From Promethearchaeum syntrophicum (GTDB lineage Archaea; Asgardarchaeota; Lokiarchaeia; Sigyniarchaeales; Promethearchaeaceae), in the NCBI RefSeq assembly GCF_008000775.2, contig NZ_CP042905.2, positions 2,070,001-2,102,000 of the forward strand: a DNA stretch of 32,000 nucleotides. Direction: 5' to 3'. Positions 1 through 9,574 of the stretch are shown piece after piece. The position numbers were made by a program, and so were the translations under genes. Under the pieces are notes generated by a model. The model did not search any database, was not told where the DNA came from, and was given only the letters and a program-made list of their open reading frames with translations. Numbering within the stretch: position 1 is the first letter of the stretch; the number at the start of each line of letters is the position of its first letter.

Positions 1-519
1 CGTTAGTATTTTTATTTTTTTTTGAGTATATCTCATTAAAGTCGAAATTAATTCAATCATCAACGCCTGGTTCTTTGGATCGATTGCAACCATAGGATAT
101 GTTTTTATTTTTAATAGGTCTTCAACACGATCAGGGGTCATATGCCCTTTAAGATCTTGTTTGTTAGCTAGACACACAATTTCACATAGATCATCATCGA
201 TTAGATTTCTTGCGTGATCGATAATTTCCATCGTCGAAAGAACATTTTTTGGAGTCGAATCAGTAACAATAAAGATCAAATCCGAACCATGGATATATTT
301 ACTGAGTTGTTGTTTGATGAATGCTTTTTGACCTCCAAAGTCCCAGATCTTGAAAGGATTTATGTTTGGGTCGTTTAAAGTTGCCAAATTAAAACCCATT
401 GTAGGATTATATCTTCCTGTGATTAATTGCCCACGGATCATTTTAGAGATAGTAGTTTTACCTGTAGCTGGTGCTCCGACAAGACTGATTTTTGCAAATT
501 TTGCAAATTTTTGATCCAT
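1..519 (-). CDS. Arf/Arl-like small GTPase (C-terminal end runs off the left edge; absent from the supplied ORF track)
   Basis: My own reverse translation from ATG (519-517) stays open to position 1: MDQKFAKFAKISLVGAPATGKTTISKMIRGQ...FKIWDFGGQKAF...CLANKQDLKG. It has G1 P-loop GAPATGKT, Arf-type G3 WDFGGQ and G4 NKQD. Confidence 0.85.
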   Translation of the reverse strand, partial: MDQKFAKFAKISLVGAPATGKTTISKMIRGQLITGRYNPTMGFNLATLNDPNINPFKIWDFGGQKAFIKQQLSKYIHGSDLIFIVTDSTPKNVLSTMEIIDHARNLIDDDLCEIVCLANKQDLKGHMTPDRVEDLLKIKTYPMVAIDPKNQALMIELISTLMRYTQKKIKILT

Positions 520-614
520 AATTTTTAACTAGAGTTTACATTCTTTATATTGAGATATCATTGAGATAATATTGTGATAAGAAATAAAAAACAAACAAAC
601 TGAGAATAACCTAA

Positions 615-1391
615 ATGCCGAAAGATATACTTGAATTGGTCCGTGATTTTAATTATTTAGTAAAAGATGCAATTTCTGGCCCAAATTGTATTGATCCTAA
701 AGTGTGTCATGGAGATTGCTGCTTTATTCACATAGATATTCCAAGAATTTTAGCTCAACATTACATTGAAAAGGGTTGGGCAAGTAAAGAAGATTTCAAA
801 CGAGGTTCAACTTTTAGCTTTGAAATTAATGTTGATTTAGACATATTAAAGTGTGTGTTCTTTTCCAAAGAGGTAAATGGTTGTTCTCTGCATATAACTG
901 GAATGAAACCTCCACAGTGTTGGGTATATCCTACTGGTTTAGATCCTGATAAAGTAAATACATCATGTAAAAAAGCAGGTGGTTGGTTTATAAATGATTC
1001 TGTGAGTGTTAGGAACGCTAAAAATATTTTAAGTGATTATGTTTCAATGTGTCAAGCAGAAGCTATAGAAGAAAACTCTCCCGATAAGATAAATCGGAGA
1101 TTACAAGCATTATCTACAGAAAAATTTGATACCCTTACGCCAAGTAGTATTGCCGGAATTGAGGATGATTGGGATAGGTTCAAAATTTTGATAGGCGAGG
1201 GTTATAATTTAGGCGTACGATCTTTTTGTTCAAAAATTGATTGTGGGATTGAATATTTCGAGTGCCCTGTTGTGTGTGAACCTCTGAAGAAAAAATTACT
1301 AAAATTTCTTTCTGAGAAATTATCCCATTTTATTCAACAAAACGGGTTTAAATCTCAATATACATTCATGGAATTAAAAGGACAGAACTGA
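615..1391 (+). CDS. Cysteine-rich putative Zn/Fe-binding protein (YkgJ/UPF0153-like CxxCxxCC family)
   Basis: 258-aa ORF. The N-terminal motif C-IDPKV-C-HGD-CC-F resembles the Cx..CxGxCC signature of YkgJ-type metal-chelating domains. More Cys clusters follow (CSLH..PPQCW, CSKIDCGIEYFECPVVC). Confidence 0.5.
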   Translation: MPKDILELVRDFNYLVKDAISGPNCIDPKVCHGDCCFIHIDIPRILAQHYIEKGWASKEDFKRGSTFSFEINVDLDILKCVFFSKEVNGCSLHITGMKPPQCWVYPTGLDPDKVNTSCKKAGGWFINDSVSVRNAKNILSDYVSMCQAEAIEENSPDKINRRLQALSTEKFDTLTPSSIAGIEDDWDRFKILIGEGYNLGVRSFCSKIDCGIEYFECPVVCEPLKKKLLKFLSEKLSHFIQQNGFKSQYTFMELKGQN

Positions 1392-1607
1392 AATTAATTA
1401 TAAATATGCCGATTTTTGTCGGATCCCACATTGAATAAAATCTTAATTATATTCCAGTCGGACCATCACGATGTTATATCGGATTATATATTATCATCAT
1501 TCTTTTTAACATAACCTTAAATAACTACAATCTTAAAGTTTATTAATGGGTAAATAATTTTTGCTCAAAGTCTACTTTTTGACATAGTTAGAAATGGGAT
1601 TAGGGTT

Positions 1608-1976
1608 TTGGACGTGCAAAAAAAAATGGAAAATGAATTAAGCTTAACCGAATTGACTAAAAAATTCTTCAGTCGAAAATATGAATATATTATTCCTGAA
1701 AATCCAATCAAAGGTAGATCAGGTCAAAAATGGAAATTCAATGCGTTCGTGATGTATGAGAATCAGAAGTACGGTGTGTTTATCCGAGAGTGGAATAGGA
1801 GTATAGGGGTTAACCAGATTCGACAATTGGAGAAAGCTTGTAGGGATACAAAATGTGCAGGTGGAATCATAGTTGGAGATACATTTTCGTGTAATGCAGA
1901 GATTTTTGGAGAGAATTTAGGTATTCAAGTAGTGGAAAGGAGCACCCTAGTCCAAAAAATGCAGAATGGAATATAG
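1608..1976 (+). CDS. Small hypothetical protein with possible restriction-endonuclease-like (Mrr_cat-type) fold
   Basis: 122-aa ORF (TTG start in track; ATG at 1626 is the more likely start). The pattern GVFIREWNRSIGVNQIRQLEKA...GGIIVGDTFSCNAEIFGENLGIQVVERSTL resembles the core of Mrr-like nuclease domains, but the catalytic residues are not clearly present. Confidence 0.3.
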   Translation: MDVQKKMENELSLTELTKKFFSRKYEYIIPENPIKGRSGQKWKFNAFVMYENQKYGVFIREWNRSIGVNQIRQLEKACRDTKCAGGIIVGDTFSCNAEIFGENLGIQVVERSTLVQKMQNGI

Positions 1977-2053
1977 AAATTCCATATTGATATTCCAAAT
2001 CCAAATTTCCCATTCAATAACTTTTTCTAATAAAATTTCTTTCTTTTTATGTG

Positions 2054-3607
2054 ATGTCTTTTATTATACGTAAAGAAAAAAAGCAATTTGATGATGATAC
2101 TTTACTAAAGAATTTTGATGAGTGGTCTCAATCTTCAATCGAAAAGCATGATCTCTATAATTTTGAAGTTAAACTTGATTATGGTCTAGAGAAACAATTT
2201 GCCAAGAATATTTATGAATTAACTTCCTACGTATTTATCCCAAATGCATTGCAGATCAATAATTCGACATATACTAAGAGTCAGTTTTTTGCTGATCGGA
2301 ACAATTATTTAAGATTTAGAACTGCTAGAATGAGTTTAACGGGGCTTTTAAATAGTGAAAATGAATTATCTCCATTCAAAATGATTTTAATTAATATGAA
2401 TATGATTAAAAATGGTAATTTTGACCCGGAAATTATAAAAAAAGTTTCATATGAGTTAAGAGTAATGGGCTGTATTGTTAAGTCAAATTTAAGGGATCAA
2501 GTTGAATTTTTTATAACAAACATTGCTAATTTTGAGGAATCACCTGCTGATTATAAAAGTTTTATCTTATATCTTGATGATATTAAGAGTTTACAAATCC
2601 ATATGCAAAATTTAAGGATGGAATTCCAACTAATTCAAATTCCTGAGGAATTAAAAGAAACGTTTTCGTTTGTAGATGAATACATCAGCAACCAAATAGA
2701 AGAATTTATGACTTTATTATTATATAAATCCAATTTTAATGATGAAACAAGAGAGAAATTAGTTAGTTTGATTGAATTTGAACAAAAACACAAGAAACAA
2801 GTAAATAGTAAGATTTTGATTGAGAAAGATTCTGATAATAAAAGCGTTGTATATTGGAAAAGTATTCTGAAAAAATTTGTTCAAGGTGTTTTGTACTTAG
2901 ACCTTAACCAAAAGGATGAGAAATCTAAACCACTAGAATTCCTTTACTCAGTAGCAGCAGGATTAGCAATGTTTTTCTCCGTATTACTTGGGTTTTTTAT
3001 TGTTTCTCAATTTCAAAATCAAGAATGGGCTTATGTTGTTGCATTGGTTATTGTTTATATGTTAAAAGATAGAATTAAAGAAAATATACGTACCTTATTT
3101 CGAGGAATAGTTCAGAAATATTATCCTGATCGCTCTTTTGAAATTTTTGATAATAATAATAAAATGAAGATTGGTTCCTGTAAAGAAATCATGGATTTTA
3201 TAAAATGGGGAGAAATTCCTAATGAAATATTACAAATTAGGGAAGCCAGCCATAAAACTATGATCGAAAGAGAAGGAAAACCAGAAATTGTTCTCAAATA
3301 TTCCAAGATTATTGAACTGAAAACGAAAAATATTAGTGAGAATCATAAAAGGCATTCAAATATTAATGATATCATACGGTTTAATATCATAGATTTTCTT
3401 CAATATGCCGATGATCCCATTACAAATGAAGAATTTTGGGATTCTGAGAAGAAAAAAGTAATAAAAATCTCGAGTGTTAAAGTCTATCATCTCAATATAA
3501 TATTTAAGATGAAAATGCCCAACCAACAGATAAAATACAAGAAGATTCGTGTCATTTTGGATCAAAAGGGAATTAAAGAAGTAAAAGAACTGACCTTCGT
3601 ATTATGA
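2054..3607 (+). CDS. Hypothetical membrane protein (two central TM helices), no recognisable family
   Basis: Long ORF (track start GTG 2051; ATG at 2054). Hydrophobic segments LEFLYSVAAGLAMFFSVLLGFFIVSQF and WAYVVALVIVYMLKD are flanked by large soluble regions. I recognise no catalytic motifs. Confidence 0.6.
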   Translation: MSFIIRKEKKQFDDDTLLKNFDEWSQSSIEKHDLYNFEVKLDYGLEKQFAKNIYELTSYVFIPNALQINNSTYTKSQFFADRNNYLRFRTARMSLTGLLNSENELSPFKMILINMNMIKNGNFDPEIIKKVSYELRVMGCIVKSNLRDQVEFFITNIANFEESPADYKSFILYLDDIKSLQIHMQNLRMEFQLIQIPEELKETFSFVDEYISNQIEEFMTLLLYKSNFNDETREKLVSLIEFEQKHKKQVNSKILIEKDSDNKSVVYWKSILKKFVQGVLYLDLNQKDEKSKPLEFLYSVAAGLAMFFSVLLGFFIVSQFQNQEWAYVVALVIVYMLKDRIKENIRTLFRGIVQKYYPDRSFEIFDNNNKMKIGSCKEIMDFIKWGEIPNEILQIREASHKTMIEREGKPEIVLKYSKIIELKTKNISENHKRHSNINDIIRFNIIDFLQYADDPITNEEFWDSEKKKVIKISSVKVYHLNIIFKMKMPNQQIKYKKIRVILDQKGIKEVKELTFVL

Positions 3608-3843
3608 TTATACCTTAAAATATCTAATAAATTTACTTTTAAAATCGAATAATTGTATCTGAATGTTTTTTTGGGATTTTACTTTTAGTTTGTTAGGAAA
3701 TACTCATGAAATTTAATTGGCGAGATGACTTATCTGACCCAACTGAATTAAGACTCCCTATTTTTTAGAGAGTGCTGATTATGACGAAGATCTTGAGTAA
3801 TGATCGTTAATTTCGGAGTATTTCCTAAGTGGTGGAATTATAT

Positions 3844-6114
3844 ATGTCTCGTCGCACAAAAATGACTGAAGATATTTTAAAAATGATGGAAAATCCGAAA
3901 CAGATCAGAAATCTTGCTCTAATCGGCCATATAGATCATGGAAAAACAACATTATCTGATTCTCTTTTAGCAGAAGCTGGACTTTTAGCAGAAAGTTTGG
4001 CGGGAGAAGCAAGAGTATTAGATTATCTTGAAGAAGAACAAAGACGAGGCATTACAATAAAATCTGCTAATATTTCATTATATTATGAGCATAGTCTTGA
4101 AAAATCGCTTCCCTTCTTGATAAACTTGATTGACACTCCCGGGCATCTAGATTTCTCTGGGAAAGTTACCCGAGCTCTTCGGATGGCAGATGGTGTCATT
4201 GTTATTGTCGATAGTGTTGAAGAAGTAAGTAGTCAAACAGAAACTGTTGTTCGTCAAGCATTAGATGAAGCTGTCCGGCCAATACTATTTATAAACAAGA
4301 TAGATCGCCTTTTTAAAGAATTAAAACTTGACATGGAAGAAATCAAGGAAAAATTTAGTCGAATCATTCAAGATTTTAACAAATTAATATTCATGTATGG
4401 AGATGAATTGGCTAAATCTAACTGGATGGTTTCAGCTGAATTAGGTTCCGTGATTTTTGGGTCTGCACTTCATAGATGGGGATTTGTAATATCTGATCTT
4501 AAAACAAAAAATCACTCATTACAATATTTTGAAAACAAATACCAAGATGGCACTTATAAAGAAATTTCTTCATTATATCCCGTTTGGAAGAGTGTTCTTG
4601 CAGCTGTTGTTCAATTTGTTCCAGATCCAGCTCAAGCTCAATCTTACAGAACACAAACAATATGGAGTGGGGATATCGAGACTGAAATTGGAAAAGCTAT
4701 TCAAAAATGTGATCCTACTGGACCTTTAGTAATAGGTATGGGGAAAGTTCAAAAAATTAAGAATAGATTAATTGGAACTGGAAGGATATTTTCAGGAACT
4801 TTGAAAAGAGGGCAACATGCATGGCTTGTGAATGATGGATCAAAAACTTCGGTCAATCAATTGAGTATCTTCATGGGTTCTAGAATGGAAACTGTTATAG
4901 AAATTCCAGCAGGTAATATTGCAGCTATAGGTGGCATTAAAAAAATTAGCAGTGGAGAAACAATTTTTGATATTAAAAATATAGATGAAGCTAAACCCTT
5001 TGAGGCTGTAAAATATGTGAGTGAACCTGTTGTAACTGTTGCAGTTGAACCTGATATGTTAAAAAATCTTGCTCAATTACAAGAGATTCTCGAAGATATT
5101 AAAATAGAAGACCCAAATATTAATGTTGAAATTAGCAATGATTCCGGTGAATGTCTGCTATCTGGTATGGGACCATTGCATTTAGAAATCGTTGCAAAAA
5201 CAATAAAAGAAAGAGGTATTGAAGTTTCAGTTTCAAAACCAACAAGCGTATTTCGAGAATCAGTTCAAAAAATTAGTAAATATCACGAAGCAAAAAGCCC
5301 CAATGGATTGAATTCAATACAAATGCTGGTTATGCGTATGGATCCCTCGTCTGTAGAATATTTTAGAGGTGCCAAACGGCATATATTAGAAAATGAATAC
5401 TTACGGATAAACGATTTGAAAGAAAAAACCAATTTTAGTGAATATGAAGCCAAAGGGCTATGGAATGTGGATCGGTTTCAAAATATTATTATTTCTAGAT
5501 TGGAAGAAGATACAGGTATTGTATACAATGAAAATGATGAAATTAGCCCTAAGTCTCTGAAAAAACCAAAATCTCAAAAAGCAAAACCAAGTAGTCAAAG
5601 ACAAATAACTCATGAAATGCGAGATCAAATCATTAAAATCATTGGTAATTTATGCAATAACGGGACAATCGCTAAAGAACCGATGTCAGAATTAAAAATT
5701 ATCATTAAATATGCCCAGATTGTATCCGATCCTGAAGATTCTAATTATTTTGAAATTTCAACGATGATTAATGATGCATTTATCAATTGCATTCGTGAAG
5801 CTCAACCAGTTTTATTAGAACCTATATATCGAATGTTAATAACATCTCCCGAAGAACACATTGGGACAGTGACTTCTCTTATAAATCAATTTCAAGGGAA
5901 AATTAATGAAATCAGCCAGGATGCATTTAAATCATACATTGACGCGAAGATGTCTGTTAGGAAATCAATTTTATTTGCGGATGAAATTCGCGGTCAAACA
6001 TCTGGACGTGTTTTTTGGCAGAATTTATTTGATCGATTTTCACCTGTGCCAGAACATGATTTAGAAGAAATTGTAAAAGATATTAAATTTCGAAAAGGAT
6101 TGGCGTTTTTCTAA
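3844..6114 (+). CDS. Elongation factor 2 (aEF-2/eEF2 family) paralog, divergent translocase-like GTPase lacking the diphthamide histidine
   Basis: G1 GHIDHGKTT, G3 DTPGHLDF and G4 NKIDR are present with EF-2 domain order, and the C-terminal QPVLLEPIY motif is present. MSRRTKMTEDIL (ATG 3844) matches the usual aEF-2 N-terminus better than the GTG at 3829. The domain IV tip reads VSDPEDSNYFEIS where HxDxxHRGxxQ is expected. Confidence 0.85.
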   Translation: MSRRTKMTEDILKMMENPKQIRNLALIGHIDHGKTTLSDSLLAEAGLLAESLAGEARVLDYLEEEQRRGITIKSANISLYYEHSLEKSLPFLINLIDTPGHLDFSGKVTRALRMADGVIVIVDSVEEVSSQTETVVRQALDEAVRPILFINKIDRLFKELKLDMEEIKEKFSRIIQDFNKLIFMYGDELAKSNWMVSAELGSVIFGSALHRWGFVISDLKTKNHSLQYFENKYQDGTYKEISSLYPVWKSVLAAVVQFVPDPAQAQSYRTQTIWSGDIETEIGKAIQKCDPTGPLVIGMGKVQKIKNRLIGTGRIFSGTLKRGQHAWLVNDGSKTSVNQLSIFMGSRMETVIEIPAGNIAAIGGIKKISSGETIFDIKNIDEAKPFEAVKYVSEPVVTVAVEPDMLKNLAQLQEILEDIKIEDPNINVEISNDSGECLLSGMGPLHLEIVAKTIKERGIEVSVSKPTSVFRESVQKISKYHEAKSPNGLNSIQMLVMRMDPSSVEYFRGAKRHILENEYLRINDLKEKTNFSEYEAKGLWNVDRFQNIIISRLEEDTGIVYNENDEISPKSLKKPKSQKAKPSSQRQITHEMRDQIIKIIGNLCNNGTIAKEPMSELKIIIKYAQIVSDPEDSNYFEISTMINDAFINCIREAQPVLLEPIYRMLITSPEEHIGTVTSLINQFQGKINEISQDAFKSYIDAKMSVRKSILFADEIRGQTSGRVFWQNLFDRFSPVPEHDLEEIVKDIKFRKGLAFF

Positions 6115-6178
6115 AATTTCTATTTTTTAAAGAAGTATAGGTTATTTAGGTTTCTTTAACATCTTATACTTTGAAAAT

Positions 6179-8233
6179 ATGAATATTAGAAATATACTTA
6201 ATAAAAATAGAACTAAGCAATTTTTTTTTCTATTTCTAATTTACATTTTAATTACCTTAGTGTCATTTTCTAATTTTTCATTTAAGCCATCAAGTTCTGA
6301 ATCTATTCACTTGAAAGTTGGAGCTTATGAGAACAGCCCGAAGATTTTTACCAACGAACAAGGTGAGATTGATGGTTTTTTCCCTTCGATTTTAGGTCAT
6401 ATTGCTGATAAAGAGGGATGGGAATTGGAATATATTCATGGAAATTGGAGTGAAAGTTTAGCCCTCCTTAAGGCAAATCAAATAGATATTTTACCTGATG
6501 TTGGTTTTTCATACGATCGTCAAATGGAGTATGATTTTAATAATGAATCTGCGATAACTGGTTGGGGTATTGCTTATACCCATGATGAATCAGATATCTA
6601 TTCTATGCAAGATTTAAAAAATAAAAAGATCGGAGTAATGAAAGATGATATTAACTATATTGGACCCTTGGGAATAAAAATTATATCTGATCAAAATAGA
6701 TTAAATTGTACTTTTGTTGAATATGATAGCCTTGAAGATGTTTTAACTAGTTTAAATCTCAAAATCGTTGATGTGGGCATCGTAAATGAGTTTTTTGGAA
6801 ATTTAAATGCTTATAAATTTGATGTGAAAAAAACTTCAATCGCGTTTAATCCTATCGATTTTAAATTTGCTTTTCCTAAAAATGCAAGTTTAAATTCGTT
6901 CTTGATTGAGAAAATAGATAATTGGTTAAAGACTTCTAAAAGTGACCTTGATTCTATCTATTATCAAGAAGCCGAAATATACTTATCTGATCAAGAAAGT
7001 TCAATTCCTTCATGGATATTCCCTAGCTTTTTAATTTTAATCGGTTTAGCTGCATTTTTAACAATTTCTGCAATGACTTTGAGATATCAAGTAAAAATTA
7101 GAACGAAGAGTTTACATGATTTAAACCAAGAATTAAGTACAGAATCAATCCAGAAGAAAAATCAATTAGCAAATATTGTAGAAAATTCAAACGATGGGAT
7201 TATTAGTGCTGAATTAGATGGAACAATTAGGTCTTGGAATAAAAGTGCAGAAGTTATTTTTGGTTTTTCATCAGAAGAGATTATTGGAAAAAAATTAGAT
7301 CTTATAATTCCGTCAAATCGTTTTAATGAGGTCAAATATATTATTGATAAAATAAAGCAAGGAGAGCCTGTCAATCATTTTGAAACTAAACTTATGAGAA
7401 ACGATGGTAAACTTCTCGATATATCAATAACAGCTTCTCCATTAAAAAACCTAAAAGGTAAAATTAATGGCTTTTCCGCAATTGGACGCGATTTTACAGA
7501 AACAATTGAGAGACAAAAATTATATCAAGACCAAATTCTAAAAGCCTCTAAATTTAAATCAGATTTCATGGCTTCTATGTCACACGAATTAAGAACCCCT
7601 TTGAATAGTATCATCGGCTTTACCGATGTCATTTTAGAAAGAATAAGTGGGGAAATTAATGAGGAACAAGATAAATACCTCACACATGTAAAAACTTCAG
7701 CTATGCTTCTATTAGATTTAATAAACGATATTTTAGATATTACAAAAATTGAATCGGGTAAAATGGAACTGAATATTGAAGAGGTCAATCTAAGTCAGAT
7801 AATTAGTCAAGTTGATACAATGATAAAACCAATATACATGAAAAAAAGCCTAATTTTTGAAGTGCAAGAAATTGATAAAGAGAAAGTTATTCGAGTAGAT
7901 CGGTTGAGGTTTAAGGAAATACTTTTTAATCTACTTAGTAACGCTGTGAAATATACAAAAGAAGGAAAAATTATGATAAAATTTTCAGAGGAAGAAGAGT
8001 TTTGGAAATTTGATGTAATAGATACGGGTATAGGAATCAAAAAAGAAAATTTTGACATCTTGTTCAAAGATTTTAGAAGGATTGCTTCTAAATATGTAGT
8101 GGCAACAGAAGGAACAGGGCTCGGATTATCTTTGTCTAAAAGATTAGTCGAATTCCATGGAGGAACTATTTCTTTTACCAGCACTTTCGGAAAAGGGTCA
8201 AAATTTACATTTACAATTCCAAAACAATTATAA
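6179..8233 (+). CDS. Membrane sensor histidine kinase: extracytoplasmic solute-binding-protein-like domain, TM, PAS, HisKA, HATPase_c
   Basis: N-terminal TM/signal anchor FFFLFLIYILITLVSF. An SBP_bac_3-like region follows (LKVGAYENSPKIF..GEIDGFFPSILGHIA..), then a second TM (WIFPSFLILIGLAAFLTISAM) and a PAS domain. The kinase core has H-box SHELRTPLNSIIGF, N-box LLSNAVKYT, G1 DTGIGI and G2 GTGLGLS. Confidence 0.9.
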   Translation: MNIRNILNKNRTKQFFFLFLIYILITLVSFSNFSFKPSSSESIHLKVGAYENSPKIFTNEQGEIDGFFPSILGHIADKEGWELEYIHGNWSESLALLKANQIDILPDVGFSYDRQMEYDFNNESAITGWGIAYTHDESDIYSMQDLKNKKIGVMKDDINYIGPLGIKIISDQNRLNCTFVEYDSLEDVLTSLNLKIVDVGIVNEFFGNLNAYKFDVKKTSIAFNPIDFKFAFPKNASLNSFLIEKIDNWLKTSKSDLDSIYYQEAEIYLSDQESSIPSWIFPSFLILIGLAAFLTISAMTLRYQVKIRTKSLHDLNQELSTESIQKKNQLANIVENSNDGIISAELDGTIRSWNKSAEVIFGFSSEEIIGKKLDLIIPSNRFNEVKYIIDKIKQGEPVNHFETKLMRNDGKLLDISITASPLKNLKGKINGFSAIGRDFTETIERQKLYQDQILKASKFKSDFMASMSHELRTPLNSIIGFTDVILERISGEINEEQDKYLTHVKTSAMLLLDLINDILDITKIESGKMELNIEEVNLSQIISQVDTMIKPIYMKKSLIFEVQEIDKEKVIRVDRLRFKEILFNLLSNAVKYTKEGKIMIKFSEEEEFWKFDVIDTGIGIKKENFDILFKDFRRIASKYVVATEGTGLGLSLSKRLVEFHGGTISFTSTFGKGSKFTFTIPKQL

Positions 8234-8271
8234 ACTGATGTAAAAACTAATAAATACACATTAAAACAGAT

Positions 8272-8691
8272 TTATTCTAAATATTTTATTACTAATTCCC
8301 TAAATTCTTTAATCTGCAAGGGTTTTGATATATAATCATTAAAACCTGAATTTAAAATTCGTTCTTTATCTCCTTTCATTGCAAATGAAGTTACAGCCAT
8401 AATTGGTGTTTTTTTATATTTTTCCAGCTTTCGAATTTCTTTGCAAATATCAATCCCGCTCATATCAGGTAGCTGAATATCTAAAATAATAACATCAATA
8501 TTGTTACTTGCTATTGATTGAAGCCCTTCTTTTCCGGTAATAGATGTTAATATATTTAAATTAGGAATAGTTCCTAATACTGCTTTAAATAATTCCATGT
8601 TTTTTTCATTGTCTTCCACAATGAATATTTGTTTTTCTTCTGTCATACTTCGTTCCTTCAATTCGAACAAAATTGCCATTATTTCAAACAA
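8272..8691 (-). CDS. Single-domain CheY-like response regulator receiver
   Basis: IFIVEDNEKN...VIILDIQLPDMSG...TPIMAVTSFAMKGD...DYISKPL gives the acidic pocket, phospho-acceptor Asp, and conserved T/S and K. The likely true start is the internal MTEEKQ at 8646. Confidence 0.9.
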   Translation of the reverse strand: MFEIMAILFELKERSMTEEKQIFIVEDNEKNMELFKAVLGTIPNLNILTSITGKEGLQSIASNNIDVIILDIQLPDMSGIDICKEIRKLEKYKKTPIMAVTSFAMKGDKERILNSGFNDYISKPLQIKEFRELVIKYLE

Positions 8692-8973
8692 TAACGAATT
8701 TATAATGTTCTTGATCGTAAAAATATATCTTTAGAATTATATACAATAATGTGAAATCTATTAAATTTTTTGAGAAACTTAAAAAATACTTTTCTATTGT
8801 AATAATTCAATACCACTTATTTATCATTTCAATGAAAAATAAAATTTTAATTAATTTTTTTGAAGTGTTATAAGAAATCGAATAATAATATAAGTAAACG
8901 GAACTATTTTTTAACTTGATTCCTTAAAAAGGATAAGTAAAAGAAAAACGCTAGTTAAAGAAAACGATCGAAA

Positions 8974-9354
8974 ATGAGAACCAAAAAAGTTTACATAGTT
9001 GAAGATAATCCACTAAATATTGAACTTTATTTAGCAATTCTTAACCAAATTGAAAATATAGAAGTTTTTGTAGAAAAACAAGGTGATAAAGGATTAAATC
9101 TTATTAAATTAGGAGATCCTGATTTATGCATATTAGATTACGATATTCCTGTTCTAAATGGAGTTAAAATCTGTAAAGAACTTAGAAAAATCGAAAAATT
9201 TCAAAAAATACCAATTATTGTAATATCTTCATCCCCTATTAAGGGAAATAAAGATGATATATTTCGAGAAGCTGGTTTTGATAAATGGTTCGAAAAACCT
9301 TTGAATGTTAAGGAATTTAAAAATAACATTACAAATTTGTTGTTTCAAAATTGA
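8974..9354 (+). CDS. Single-domain CheY-like receiver (divergent paralog), upstream of and co-directional with a Rag-like GTPase gene
   Basis: VYIVEDNPLN...LCILDYDIPVLNG...IPIIVISSSPIKGN...WFEKPL. This is the receiver fold signature but is clearly more divergent than the three other receivers in the window. Confidence 0.8.
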   Translation: MRTKKVYIVEDNPLNIELYLAILNQIENIEVFVEKQGDKGLNLIKLGDPDLCILDYDIPVLNGVKICKELRKIEKFQKIPIIVISSSPIKGNKDDIFREAGFDKWFEKPLNVKEFKNNITNLLFQN

Positions 9355-9574
9355 AATCCATGAAGAGCATGCAAATTTATAGTATCTATAATCAGAACAT
9401 TTTTAGAAGAGATTTCTTAAAATTTTTAGTTTTTCTACATGAATAATCCAAATGCCTAATAGAACTCTTAGATTACTTTTCAAAACCTCCTAATTTATAT
9501 ATATCAAAATTATTAGGTTACCAAATCGATCATTAGATATATCACCTAAACAAAGTAAAACATTAAGGATAATT

